Source: an uncultured Verrucomicrobiae bacterium (lineage in GTDB: Bacteria > Verrucomicrobiota > Verrucomicrobiia > Chthoniobacterales > UBA10450). From it: a stretch of DNA of 64,000 nucleotides. Position numbers and translations under genes: made by a program. The stretch's first letter is position 1. The number at the start of each line of letters is the position of its first letter. Below are positions 1 through 9,018 of this stretch, piece after piece. The notes beneath the pieces are model-generated. The model was not told where the DNA came from and searched no databases. It was given only the letters and a program-made list of their open reading frames with translations. The DNA lies in the NCBI GenBank assembly GCA_963815455.1, contig CAWFGO010000001.1, positions 224,001-288,000 of the forward strand, given 5' to 3'.

Positions 1-1950
1 CTGATCATTACATCAGCGAAAAAATCGATCTTCATCGCCGGCGCCGATTTGCAGACGCTCCTTCGCCAGGCGGAGAGCGGCGAACTCGGCGCGTTCATTG
101 CCAATGGACAACAGGTTTTCAATCGGATTGCCGCGTTGAAAATTCCAACCGTAGCTGCCATCAATGGCGCCTGCGCCGGGGGCGGTTATGAAGTTACCCT
201 GGCCTGCGATTATCGCATCGCTTCCGATGAACCGGCTACGCGTATCGGGCTCCCGGAAACGACACTCGGCCTGGTCCCCGCTTGGGGCGGATGTACTCGC
301 CTTCCACGCTTGATCGGCCCGCCAGGTGCCGGCGAGGTAATTCTCAACGGTAAACTCCATTCCGCGCGCGAGGCATTGAAGATCGGCCTGGTTGATGAAG
401 TCGCGCCCCGCGAGCAATTACTCGACGCAGCTCGCAAGAAAATTTCGTCCGGCAAACGTCCGAAGTCGTCGCCGCCACATGTCGAAACCCAGGCGAAACC
501 GCCGCATTCGCCTGGAAATGAAGCACCCGCCCGCGCATTCGACATCGTTCACCGGGCCCTCGCCAGTTCGGTTGAAGAATCGCTCCAGCGCGAACTCGAT
601 GCGATTGTCGATCTTGGCAACACCGAACCGACCCGGAATCTAATCCGCAATTTCTTCCTGGCCGACAAATACAAGAAGGGAACAACCAAGGCGCCCGCCG
701 AAAAAATTGCCCACGCGGTGGTGGTCGGGGCCGGGGTGATGGGATCGGGCATCGCCCAATGGCTGAGTTCTCGCGGCGTGACCGTGATCTTGCGCGACGT
801 GAGCCGCGAGTTTGTCGATCGCGGTCTGGCCAACATCGAGAAAACCTACGCCGAGGCTGTGAAACGCGGCTTCATAAGCGAGGAGAAAGCGAAGGAAGGC
901 CGTGCTCGCATCATCTGTTCAACCGCCCACGTGCAATTGCGCGACGTTCAGATCGTGATCGAAGCGGCCTCGGAGAAGATCGACATCAAAAAGGAAATTT
1001 TCCGCGAGCTTTCGGCCGAAGCGCCCAAGGCGATTCTGGCGACAAATACTTCGGCGCTTTCCATCAGCGAGCTGGGCGCCTGCACCGACGCGCCCGCTCG
1101 CGTGATCGGTCTTCATTTTTTTAATCCGGTCAGTCGGATGAAGCTGGTCGAAGTTGTCGTTGGCAAAAAAACTTCGGATGAAACGCGCGACCGCGCTCTC
1201 GCTTTTGCTCGGCAGATCGGGAAACTGCCGGTCGTCGTGCGCGATAGCCCCGGGTTCTTGGTTAATCGCGTTTTGTTCCCTTACCTGCTCTATGCCGCCG
1301 ATCTTTTCGAAAACGGTGTCGCCGCGGAGAAGATCGACAATGCCCTTTTGGAATGGGGCATGCCGATGGGTCCACTGCGTCTGATCGATGAGATCGGCGT
1401 CGATATCACGGTCGATATCGCCGACACACTGGCCAAAGCCTATGGCCGCCGTGACGAGAGCCCGAAGATTTTGCGCGAGATGCAATCAGCGAAAATGCTC
1501 GGACGCAAGACCGGCGCCGGTTTTTACAAATACGAAGGCAAACAGCAAGCTGCGAATGAAACGGTGGAAAAGTGGCGTGGCTCTTCATCAAGTCATCCTG
1601 AGCGAAGCGAAGGACCTCACAAGCCATCGACGGACACTCGCGAGATTCTTCGCTCCGCTCAGAATGACAACCAGGAAATTGCCCATCGCCTCGTCTTCCT
1701 AATGATCAACGAAGCCGCGCGGTGTCTCGAAGAAGGCGTCGTGGCCTCGCCGGAAGACGCCGATTACGGAATGATTCTCGGGACAGGTTTCGCGCCGTTT
1801 CGCGGTGGGCCGCTGCGCTTCGCCGAACATTTCGGTATCAAGAAACTGGTCGGCGAAATGGAACGGCTCGCCAAAACTGACGAAAAGTTTGCTCCGTGCG
1901 ATTTTCTGAAAAAACATGCACGAGACGGAACTACATTCTATAACAGGTAG
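1..1950 (+). CDS. fadJ: Multifunctional fatty acid oxidation protein (enoyl-CoA hydratase / 3-hydroxyacyl-CoA dehydrogenase, FadB/FadJ family), 5'-truncated by the window
   Basis: Frame is open from base 1 (LIITSAKKSIFIAGADL). Crotonase motifs FIAGAD, GACAGGGYE, GLPE; NAD-binding GAGVMGSGIA; ATNTSALS, GLHFFNP, PGFLVNR. Confidence 0.9.
   Translation: MIITSAKKSIFIAGADLQTLLRQAESGELGAFIANGQQVFNRIAALKIPTVAAINGACAGGGYEVTLACDYRIASDEPATRIGLPETTLGLVPAWGGCTRLPRLIGPPGAGEVILNGKLHSAREALKIGLVDEVAPREQLLDAARKKISSGKRPKSSPPHVETQAKPPHSPGNEAPARAFDIVHRALASSVEESLQRELDAIVDLGNTEPTRNLIRNFFLADKYKKGTTKAPAEKIAHAVVVGAGVMGSGIAQWLSSRGVTVILRDVSREFVDRGLANIEKTYAEAVKRGFISEEKAKEGRARIICSTAHVQLRDVQIVIEAASEKIDIKKEIFRELSAEAPKAILATNTSALSISELGACTDAPARVIGLHFFNPVSRMKLVEVVVGKKTSDETRDRALAFARQIGKLPVVVRDSPGFLVNRVLFPYLLYAADLFENGVAAEKIDNALLEWGMPMGPLRLIDEIGVDITVDIADTLAKAYGRRDESPKILREMQSAKMLGRKTGAGFYKYEGKQQAANETVEKWRGSSSSHPERSEGPHKPSTDTREILRSAQNDNQEIAHRLVFLMINEAARCLEEGVVASPEDADYGMILGTGFAPFRGGPLRFAEHFGIKKLVGEMERLAKTDEKFAPCDFLKKHARDGTTFYNR
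1592..1668. repeat. GTCAT...ATGAC family palindromic element, in frame inside fadJ
   Basis: Left arm gtcatcctgagcgaagcgaaggacctc pairs with right arm gagattcttcgctccgctcagaatgac. Related intergenic copies at 7161, 7316, 8872 and 39798. Confidence 0.85.
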
Positions 1951-2012
1951 GGACGCATCTCCGAGGCGTCCGTCGAAACCAGTCGGCGCGCTCGGAGAGC
2001 ACGCCCTACCTG
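1944..2012. repeat. GGTAGGG...CCCTACC family palindromic element
   Basis: Terminal inverted repeat caggtaggg/ccctacctg with internal hairpins; related copy at 53077-53133. Confidence 0.75.
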
Positions 2013-2019
2013 GGAAAAT

Positions 2020-3972
2020 ATGAACTCACCACTCGAAGCTCCGGAAAAACAGATTGCCGCGGAAACCAGCGCGAAACCGGCGAAGCCGGCCGCGGAGGTG
2101 ATCGACACGTCAAAAATGTCGAAGGGCCAGCGCGAGGCGCTCGAGCTGACTGAAGCGTCGCGCGATCCCCTGGACGATCGCGGCAGTTTCGCCAGCAATC
2201 TCTTTATTGGCCGCTACGATTTCGGCCGGATCCATCCTTATCCGGAACAGGCAGCCGACGATCGCGCTGCCGGGGCGGAGTTTCTCAGCAGCCTGAAAAA
2301 ATATCTGCGCGAAAACATCGACGCGGACGAGATCGATCGGACCGGCGAGATTCCGCAAAAGAACATCGACGAGTTGTTCGCGATGGGCGCGTTCGGCGTA
2401 AAAATCCCGAAGCAGTACGACGGACTCGGATTATCGCAGGTCAACTACGGGCGCGCGGCGATGTTGCTCGGCAGCTGGGACGCAAATCTCACCGCGCTCC
2501 TTTCGGCGCATCAATCGATCGGCGTGCCGCAACCTTTGTTGTTATTCGGCACCGAAGAGCAAAAGAAAAAATACTTGCCGCGAGTCGCGCGCAAAGAAAT
2601 CTCCGCGTTTGCTCTTACGGAATGGAATGCCGGGTCCGATCCGGCAAATATGAGCTTGAAAGCCGAGCCGACTGAAGACGGCTCCGCGTTTATAATGAAT
2701 GGCGAGAAACTTTGGTGCACAAACTTAATCAAGGCCGGCGTCCTCGTGGTCATGGCGCGAACACCGCCGAAAATTGTGAACGGCCGGGAGCGCAAACAGA
2801 TCACTGCGTTTATCGTCGAAGTGAATTCGCCCGGCTTGGAGATTACCTATCGCTGCCACTTCATGGGGCTGCGCGCGCTGTACAACGGGATCGTGAAATT
2901 CACCAACGTGCGGGTGCCGCGTGAAAACATGATCGCCAAGGAAGGCCAGGGATTAAAAGTCGCGCTTACGACTTTGAACACGGGGCGCCTGACGATTCCC
3001 GCGGCGTGCGTCGGATTGTCGAAGCGGCTGCTCGATATCTGCCGGAAATGGGCCAGCGAACGCGTCCAATGGGGTGTGCCGATCGGGCAGCACGCCGCCA
3101 TTGCCGGAAAAATTGCGGAGATGGCCGGCAATGTGTTTGCCATGGAAGCAATCACGTTTCTGACGTCGTCGATGGTAGATCGCAAAGCCGGCGACCTGCG
3201 GATCGAGACCGCAATGTGCAAAATGTGGGCGACGGAAATGACCTGGAAGATTGCTGATGACGCGATGCAGGTGCGCGGCGGACGCGGTTATGAGACTGCG
3301 GAATCGCTGGCCGGGCGCGGCGAAGAACCAATCGCGGTCGAACGTTTCCTGCGCGATTGCCGGATCAATCTGATCTTCGAAGGCTCAAGCGAAATCATGC
3401 GGCTGTTCATTGCCCGCGAAGCGCTCGACCCGCATTTGAAAGTCGGCGGCGGAATTTTCAATACGCAGCTGCCAATGTCCGAGCGCGCGAAAGCCGTTTT
3501 TACTTCCGGGAAGTTCTACGCCGGCTGGTACCCGCGCCAGTGGTTGCCCGGCAATGCCGGCAACATCGACAATCTGCACGAAACATTGCGCGGGCACGTC
3601 AATTACGGTGCGAGAGCGAGCAAACGACTGGCCCGCGGATTATTTCACGCCATGGCCCGGTTCGGTCCAAAGCTCGATCGGGAGCAGCTGCTTCTTTCCA
3701 GATTTGTCGGGATCGCCACGGAATTGTTTGCCATGAGCGCGACTTGCTCATTTGCTCAATCCAAGATCGACAACTCCGAAAGTTTTCGCGAGCAGGGTGG
3801 CGAACCGCGCGAAGAAATTCTTTCCCTGGCCGATTACTTCTGCCGTTCGGCGCGCCAACGAATCGATCATCATTTTGCCGGCACCAGTCGCAACGCCGAC
3901 AAGCGCGGTTATCAGCTCACCCAGGAATTGATGGCCGGGAAACACTCAAGCCTGCGCGACGGGATCGTGTAG
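2020..3972 (+). CDS. Acyl-CoA dehydrogenase (VLCAD/ACAD9-like, long C-terminal extension)
   Basis: AHQSIG, FALTEWNAGSD, NGEKLWCTN, LNTGR, GGRGY, IFEGSSEIMR. Confidence 0.9.
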   Translation: MNSPLEAPEKQIAAETSAKPAKPAAEVIDTSKMSKGQREALELTEASRDPLDDRGSFASNLFIGRYDFGRIHPYPEQAADDRAAGAEFLSSLKKYLRENIDADEIDRTGEIPQKNIDELFAMGAFGVKIPKQYDGLGLSQVNYGRAAMLLGSWDANLTALLSAHQSIGVPQPLLLFGTEEQKKKYLPRVARKEISAFALTEWNAGSDPANMSLKAEPTEDGSAFIMNGEKLWCTNLIKAGVLVVMARTPPKIVNGRERKQITAFIVEVNSPGLEITYRCHFMGLRALYNGIVKFTNVRVPRENMIAKEGQGLKVALTTLNTGRLTIPAACVGLSKRLLDICRKWASERVQWGVPIGQHAAIAGKIAEMAGNVFAMEAITFLTSSMVDRKAGDLRIETAMCKMWATEMTWKIADDAMQVRGGRGYETAESLAGRGEEPIAVERFLRDCRINLIFEGSSEIMRLFIAREALDPHLKVGGGIFNTQLPMSERAKAVFTSGKFYAGWYPRQWLPGNAGNIDNLHETLRGHVNYGARASKRLARGLFHAMARFGPKLDREQLLLSRFVGIATELFAMSATCSFAQSKIDNSESFREQGGEPREEILSLADYFCRSARQRIDHHFAGTSRNADKRGYQLTQELMAGKHSSLRDGIV

Positions 3973-3973
3973 C

Positions 3974-4080
3974 GGGAGCGCACGCTTCCAGCGTGCTGTT
4001 TGCGGCATCTTGCCGCAAACTCTCGGATTGATCGTGTTCGGCAGGATGCCGACCACAGCACGCAAGATGCGTGCGCTCCC
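3974..4080. repeat. GGGAGCGCACGC...GCGTGCGCTCCC family palindromic element
   Basis: Perfect 12-bp terminal inverted repeat plus internal hairpins; related copies at 37378-37470 and 41219-41335. Confidence 0.8.
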
Positions 4081-4082
4081 CA

Positions 4083-4111
4083 TTGACCACATTCGCCCTC
4101 CAGACTACCAT
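4083..4111 (+). promoter_or_regulatory. Putative sigma70 promoter for lat
   Basis: TTGACC - 17 bp - TACCAT, with the ATG at 4118 at the expected +1 position. Confidence 0.5.
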
Positions 4112-4117
4112 CAACAG

Positions 4118-5503
4118 ATGAGTATGCCGCCCGTGCTCACGGAAACGGCTTCACCTCGAAGCCGTGCCCAAAAGAGCGAAAAAGCAGACCGAATAATGCC
4201 CGCGAACGTTCTGGAAACGATCGAGCAGCACGTTTTGCTCGACGGTTTCAAGATCGTGATCGATCTCGAAAAGAGCCGGGGCTCATATATATATGATGCC
4301 GCCAGCGATCGCCGCCTGATCGATCTCTACGGGTTTTTCGGCTCGATGCCGGTCGCGTTCAATCATCCGCACTTCGACGATGTCGATGTTCAACGCGATC
4401 TTTTGCAAGCGGCCAAGATTAAGATCGCAAATTCGGATGTTTACTCGGCCGGTTACGCCGAGTTCGTCGATACCTTTGAACGCGTCGTTGGTTTGCCACC
4501 GCTCGAACGCTATCTCTTTATCGAAGGCGGCGCGCTCGCGATCGAAAACACGCTCAAGGCGGCGATGGACTGGAAGGTGCGCAAGAATATGGCGGCCGGC
4601 CAGGGCGAGCGTGGGACTCAGATCTTGCATTTCCGGCGCGCCTTTCACGGACGGAGCGGTTACACGATGAGCCTCACCAATACCGACCCGCGCAAGACCG
4701 ATTTGTTCGCAAAGTTCGATTGGCCGCGTGTTTCCTGCCCCTGCGTCGATTTCTCTCTGCCGGAATCGGAGCGCGAAGCCGAGGTGATCGGGCGCGAGAA
4801 AAAATCGGAGGCCGAGATCCGCGACTTTCTGGCCCAGCGCAAGATCGACATCTGCGCCATTATCATCGAGCCGATCCAGGGCGAAGGCGGCGACAATCAT
4901 TTCCGCGGCGAATGGCTGCAAACATTGAGAAAGATTTGCGACGAGAACGACGTTCTGCTGATTTTTGACGAGATACAATGCGGCATGGGCGCGACCGGTC
5001 GCAATTGGTGTTGCGAACATTTTGGTGTTCTCCCCGACCTGCTTGCGTTCGGCAAGAAAGCGCAAGTGTGCGGCGTAATGGCCGGGCCGCGGCTGGACGA
5101 AGTGAAAGACAACGCGTTTCGCCTGTCGAGCCGGTTGAATTCAACCTGGGGCGGGAATTTCACCGACATGGTTCGCTCGACTCATTACCTGCGCATCATC
5201 GAAGAAGAACATCTGGTGGAGAACGCCGGAAAGGTGGGCGCATATTTTCTGGATCAACTGCGGGATTTGCAACGCGACGAGCCGACGATTTCCGGCGTCC
5301 GCGGCCGGGGGATGTTTCTCGCCTTCGATCTTCCCGATCCAAAGACGCGCGAGGAATTCTGGAAGGGCCTGTTCGCACTCGGCGCTCTCACCCTTCGCTC
5401 GGGAGAAAATTCGATTCGTTTTCGTCCCGCGCTCGATATGACAGCGGATGTTGTCGATGAAGCGATGGGGCTGATTCGTAAATTCTGCAGGAGTCGGAAA
5501 TGA
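4118..5503 (+). CDS. lat: L-lysine 6-transaminase (class III PLP aminotransferase)
   Basis: IANSDVYS, GALAIENTLKAAMDWK, AFHGRSGYTMSLTNT, EPIQGEGGD, FDEIQ, FGKK, NSTWGG. Start moved from 4010 because the upstream part is repeat-derived. Confidence 0.9.
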   Translation: MSMPPVLTETASPRSRAQKSEKADRIMPANVLETIEQHVLLDGFKIVIDLEKSRGSYIYDAASDRRLIDLYGFFGSMPVAFNHPHFDDVDVQRDLLQAAKIKIANSDVYSAGYAEFVDTFERVVGLPPLERYLFIEGGALAIENTLKAAMDWKVRKNMAAGQGERGTQILHFRRAFHGRSGYTMSLTNTDPRKTDLFAKFDWPRVSCPCVDFSLPESEREAEVIGREKKSEAEIRDFLAQRKIDICAIIIEPIQGEGGDNHFRGEWLQTLRKICDENDVLLIFDEIQCGMGATGRNWCCEHFGVLPDLLAFGKKAQVCGVMAGPRLDEVKDNAFRLSSRLNSTWGGNFTDMVRSTHYLRIIEEEHLVENAGKVGAYFLDQLRDLQRDEPTISGVRGRGMFLAFDLPDPKTREEFWKGLFALGALTLRSGENSIRFRPALDMTADVVDEAMGLIRKFCRSRK

Positions 5504-5512
5504 ACACGACAT

Positions 5513-5599
5513 GGTGGATCGTGCGCTCCGCGCGCGATGCTAAAATAGTGGCGGCGAAGCCGCGTCGATTACCACCGCCCGCGGAGCAGCCGGTCCACT
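5513..5599. repeat. GGTGGA(T/A)CG...CG(A/T)TCCACC family palindromic element
   Basis: Shares termini and the internal aatagtggc(g)gcgaagc with 8763-8852; other copies at 46115-46225 and 54425-54547. Confidence 0.7.
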
Positions 5600-5600
5600 T

Positions 5601-7148
5601 ATGCAATCTGTCTTAGAAAAACTCGGCATCGCCGATGACAATCCCGGCGTCTTTTGCGGCGAATGGCGCGGTGGCGGCGCGAAGATCGACAAGATTTCGC
5701 CGATCGACGGGCAAAAACTGGCCAGCGTTCGAACAGCATCGAGCGAAGATTACGACACCGCTATCGCTCGCGCGCACGAGGCATTCTTGAAGTGGCGCAC
5801 GACGCCTGGACCCGTTCGCGGCGACACCGTTCGCCGTCTCGGCAACGCACTCCGCGAATCGAAACACGAGCTCGGTCAGCTCGTGACCATGGAAACTGGG
5901 AAGATCATCGCCGAAGGCGAAGGCGAAGTGCAGGAGATGATCGACATCTGCGATTTTGCGGTCGGTCAATCACGAATGCTTTATGGCCTCACGATCCAAT
6001 CGGAACGCCCAAGCCACCGCCTGATGGAACAATGGCATCCGCTTGGCGTCGTCGCCGTAATCAGCGCTTTCAATTTCCCCGTTGCTGTCTGGTCGTGGAA
6101 CGCGGCGCTGGCCGCGGTCTGCGGCGACGCCACGGTTTGGAAAGCTTCGGAGAAAACGCCGCTGACCGCGATTGCGGTTACGAGAATTGCCGAGCGGGTT
6201 TGCCGCGAGACCGGGGCCGATCCGGCGATTTTCACGTTACTCATGGGGGACCGCAAAACGGTTGGACAAAAATTGTCGGCTGATAAGCGTATTCCGCTGA
6301 TCTCTGCCACCGGCTCGACGCAAATGGGAGTGCATGTCGCCCAAACCGTTCATGGCCGGCTCGGAAAAACGATCATGGAACTGGGTGGCAATAACGCGCT
6401 TATCGTCGCTCCCAGTGCCGATCTCGAAATGGCGACGCAATCGATCTTCTTCGGCGCAGTCGGCACTGCAGGGCAGCGTTGCACTTCAACACGGCGCGTG
6501 ATTTTGCACGAATCAATTGCCGGCAAGGTGCGTAAGAAACTTCTGGCGGCCTACAAGTCAATGAAGATTGGCAACCCTCTCGATCGACAGACGGTGATGG
6601 GTCCGTTGATCGAAAAAAACGCGGTGGACATGGTTCAACATTCCATTCAGCGATTGAAGGATGAAGGCGGCGAAATTCTTTACGGAGGCGAGCGGCTGGA
6701 TGGCAAACAATACACAGGTGGCTGCTACATGACGCCATGCCTGGCCAACGCGAAGCCTGAGTTCGAAATTGTCTGCCACGAAACATTTGGTCCGCTGCTT
6801 TATCTGATGACCTATCGTGATTTTGACGAAGCGATCGCGATTCAGAACGGCGTGCCGCAGGGTCTGACCTCCGCCATTTTCACGAACGACGCGCGGGAAG
6901 CGGAAAGATTCATGAGCCCGGCTGGGAGCGACTGCGGCATCGCGAATGTGAACACTGGAACGAGCGGCGCCGAGATTGGCGGCGCGTTCGGTGGCGAAAA
7001 AGAGACCGGCGGCGGCCGCGAAAGCGGGAGCGATTCATGGAAGATGTACATGCGCCGCCAGACCAACACGATTAACTTTTCGACCGAGTTACCGCTGGCC
7101 CAGGGAATTCAGTTCGGCGGTGACGACGCCGGCAGTGCGACGGCGTAG
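5601..7148 (+). CDS. pcd: Aldehyde dehydrogenase family 7 (piperideine-6-carboxylate / aminoadipate-semialdehyde dehydrogenase)
   Basis: ALDH7 signatures GEVQEMIDICDFAVGQSR, ISAFNFPVAVWSWN, ELGGNNA, GTAGQRCT, SGAEIGGAFGGEKETGGGRESGSD; next to lat. Confidence 0.85.
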   Translation: MQSVLEKLGIADDNPGVFCGEWRGGGAKIDKISPIDGQKLASVRTASSEDYDTAIARAHEAFLKWRTTPGPVRGDTVRRLGNALRESKHELGQLVTMETGKIIAEGEGEVQEMIDICDFAVGQSRMLYGLTIQSERPSHRLMEQWHPLGVVAVISAFNFPVAVWSWNAALAAVCGDATVWKASEKTPLTAIAVTRIAERVCRETGADPAIFTLLMGDRKTVGQKLSADKRIPLISATGSTQMGVHVAQTVHGRLGKTIMELGGNNALIVAPSADLEMATQSIFFGAVGTAGQRCTSTRRVILHESIAGKVRKKLLAAYKSMKIGNPLDRQTVMGPLIEKNAVDMVQHSIQRLKDEGGEILYGGERLDGKQYTGGCYMTPCLANAKPEFEIVCHETFGPLLYLMTYRDFDEAIAIQNGVPQGLTSAIFTNDAREAERFMSPAGSDCGIANVNTGTSGAEIGGAFGGEKETGGGRESGSDSWKMYMRRQTNTINFSTELPLAQGIQFGGDDAGSATA

Positions 7149-7160
7149 TTATTCTCGCCT

Positions 7161-7447
7161 GTCATCCTGAGCCGCGTAGACTGTGCCAGTCCGGCTCGGA
7201 CCGAAGGACCTCACGAATCGACAAGGCTAAGGGCCTGCCGACAATTCTTGTTTCGCGGGCGATTTTGCTGCCGGGAAAGCGCGGCCGGCCTTACTGAACA
7301 CAACGTAACTTGCTTGTCATCCTGAGCGTAGCGAAAGACCCCGCGAAAAGAGACAACGTTCGCAAGCGATCATACGGTCGCGCTCTCAGAACAATTCGAT
7401 CCGATCCTTCCGGGCCTGTGAGGTCCCTCGCTTGCGCTCGGGATGAC
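7161..7447. repeat. Two GTCAT-family elements between convergent genes (7161-7212 half copy with a nested insert; 7316-7447 full copy)
   Basis: gtcatcctgagc starts at 7161 and 7316; right arm gaggtccctcgcttgcgctcgggatgac ends at 7447. Confidence 0.8.
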
Positions 7448-7479
7448 GGGAAATTATCGCGCGGAGACTCGACTGGATA

Positions 7480-8662
7480 TCACCCCGCGAACGCCGACAT
7501 TCCCGTAATCTGTTCGCCGAGCACGAGCACGATGGATGTCCTGCGTGCCTTCGTAGGTCTTTACACTTTCCAGATTACACATGTGTCGAAAACACTGGTA
7601 ATCATCGAGGATGCCGACAGCGCCGAGGATATCGCGCGCGTTGCGCGCCGCATCCAGCGCGATCTCCACATTGTTCATCTTGGCCATGGAGATGTGGTAG
7701 TGCTTCGCGGTTCCGGCATCCCGCAATTGGGCCAATCGATAAGCCAACAACTGCGCTTTGGTAATTTCAGTCAACATCCGCGCCAGCTTTGCCTGCACCA
7801 ACTGGAACCCGGCGATAGGCCGGCCGAATTGTTCCCGGCTCAGGGCGTAACGCCGCGCTTCATCGTAACACGCCATCGCCGCCCCGATCGCGCCCCAAGC
7901 GATTCCGTAGCGCGCATAATTGAGACACAAAAGCGGCGATTTTATTCCGCTGCTCTGCGGCAACAACGCGTTTGCCGGTATTTCGCAATCCTTGAATTCA
8001 AGTTCCGCCGTCAACGCCGCGCGCAGCGAAAGTTTTCCGTCGATCAATCTTGAGCTGAAACCGCGCGTTTTTTTCTCCACGAGAAATCCGCGTATTGATG
8101 AAGCGTTATCATCATCGACTTTGGCCCAGACCACGGCGACATCGGCGATCGTGCCGTTGCCGATCCATTTCTTCGCTCCGCTTAAGCGATAACCATCTGC
8201 GGTTTTGCGCGCGCAGCATTGGAGGCCACCGGGATTCGAACCAAAGTCGGGCTCGGTAAGCGCGAAGCAACCAAGCTTCTTTCCCTGGGCCATCTCCGGA
8301 AGCCACCGCGTTTTTTGCTCTTCCGAACCAAATAAATTGATCGCCGTTATGGAGAGAGAGCTTTGCACCGACGCAAAGGTGCGCAGTCCGCTATCGCCGC
8401 GTTCGAGTTCCCGCATGATGAGCCCGCAGGCGACGCTCCCGAGTCCGGCGCACCCGTAACCCTTGATGCCAGATCCAAAGACACCGAGCTGGGCTATCTC
8501 CGGCACGAGATCCATTGGGAACGTGCCGTTTCGATAATGTTTCGCGACGATCGGCAGAAAACGCTCCCCCACCCAGCCGCGCACGGTATCGCGAATCCGG
8601 CGCTCCTCCTCAGTCAGCGATTCATCGAGATTGTAAAAATCAACCGCTTCAAACGTCGTCAT
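7480..8662 (-). CDS. gcdH: Glutaryl-CoA dehydrogenase, one apparent +1 frameshift near the 3' end (~7531)
   Basis: ELERGDSGLRTFASVQSSL, CFALTEPDFGSNP, ARYGIAWG, NLESVKTYEGT. The family-type ending VLVLGEQITGMSAFAG* lies in another frame, stop at 7480-7482. Confidence 0.8.
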
Positions 8663-8705
8663 CGCAGCCAGCCTAGCAGCGGTCGCGCGCCGCGCCAGAT
8701 TCTGT

Positions 8706-8852
8706 TGTAGCCGGGGGCGATGACCCCGGCAAATCGTGGAGGACACGCGCTGTCGTGTCCAGGGTGGATCGGCCGCTCCGCGGGCGATGCCAATAGTGGC
8801 GCGAAGCGCATTTGCTTCTTAGCATCGAGCGGCGGAGCGCGCTCGATCCACC
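8706..8852. repeat. Adjacent repeats: GTAGCCGGG-family half copy (8706-8730) and GGTGGATCG-family element (8763-8852)
   Basis: tgtagccgggggcgatgaccccggc hairpin; ggtggatcg...cgatccacc terminal inverted repeat. Confidence 0.7.
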
Positions 8853-8871
8853 TCACTTAGCTGCCGTCGCT

Positions 8872-9016
8872 GTCATCCTGAGCCGCGCAGACGGGGAAGG
8901 ACCCCGCGAATTCAAGAAGGTCCACCTTCTGTCGACAATTCCGTTTTGCGAGCGACCTGGGTGTGGTCGAAAGCCAAAAGAACCCTCGCGAGATCCTTCG
9001 CTTCGCTCAGGATGAC
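8872..9016. repeat. GTCAT-family palindromic element
   Basis: gtcatcctgagc...gctcaggatgac perfect 12-bp terminal inverted repeat. Confidence 0.85.
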
Positions 9017-9018
9017 AG

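Noticed and set aside
4010..4117. N-terminal extensions given by the ORF track (lat, gcdH, 11183, 28985, 34267, 43413, 59283, 63333)
   Set aside because: They run through repeats, promoters or neighbouring genes. Family homology or signal peptides begin at downstream starts.
7310..8053. 247-aa plus-strand ORF and other long antisense ORFs (e.g. 35319-36266, 40168-41184, 59556-60494)
   Set aside because: Shadow frames of well-supported genes in GC-rich DNA; the N-terminus of 7310 is translated repeat.
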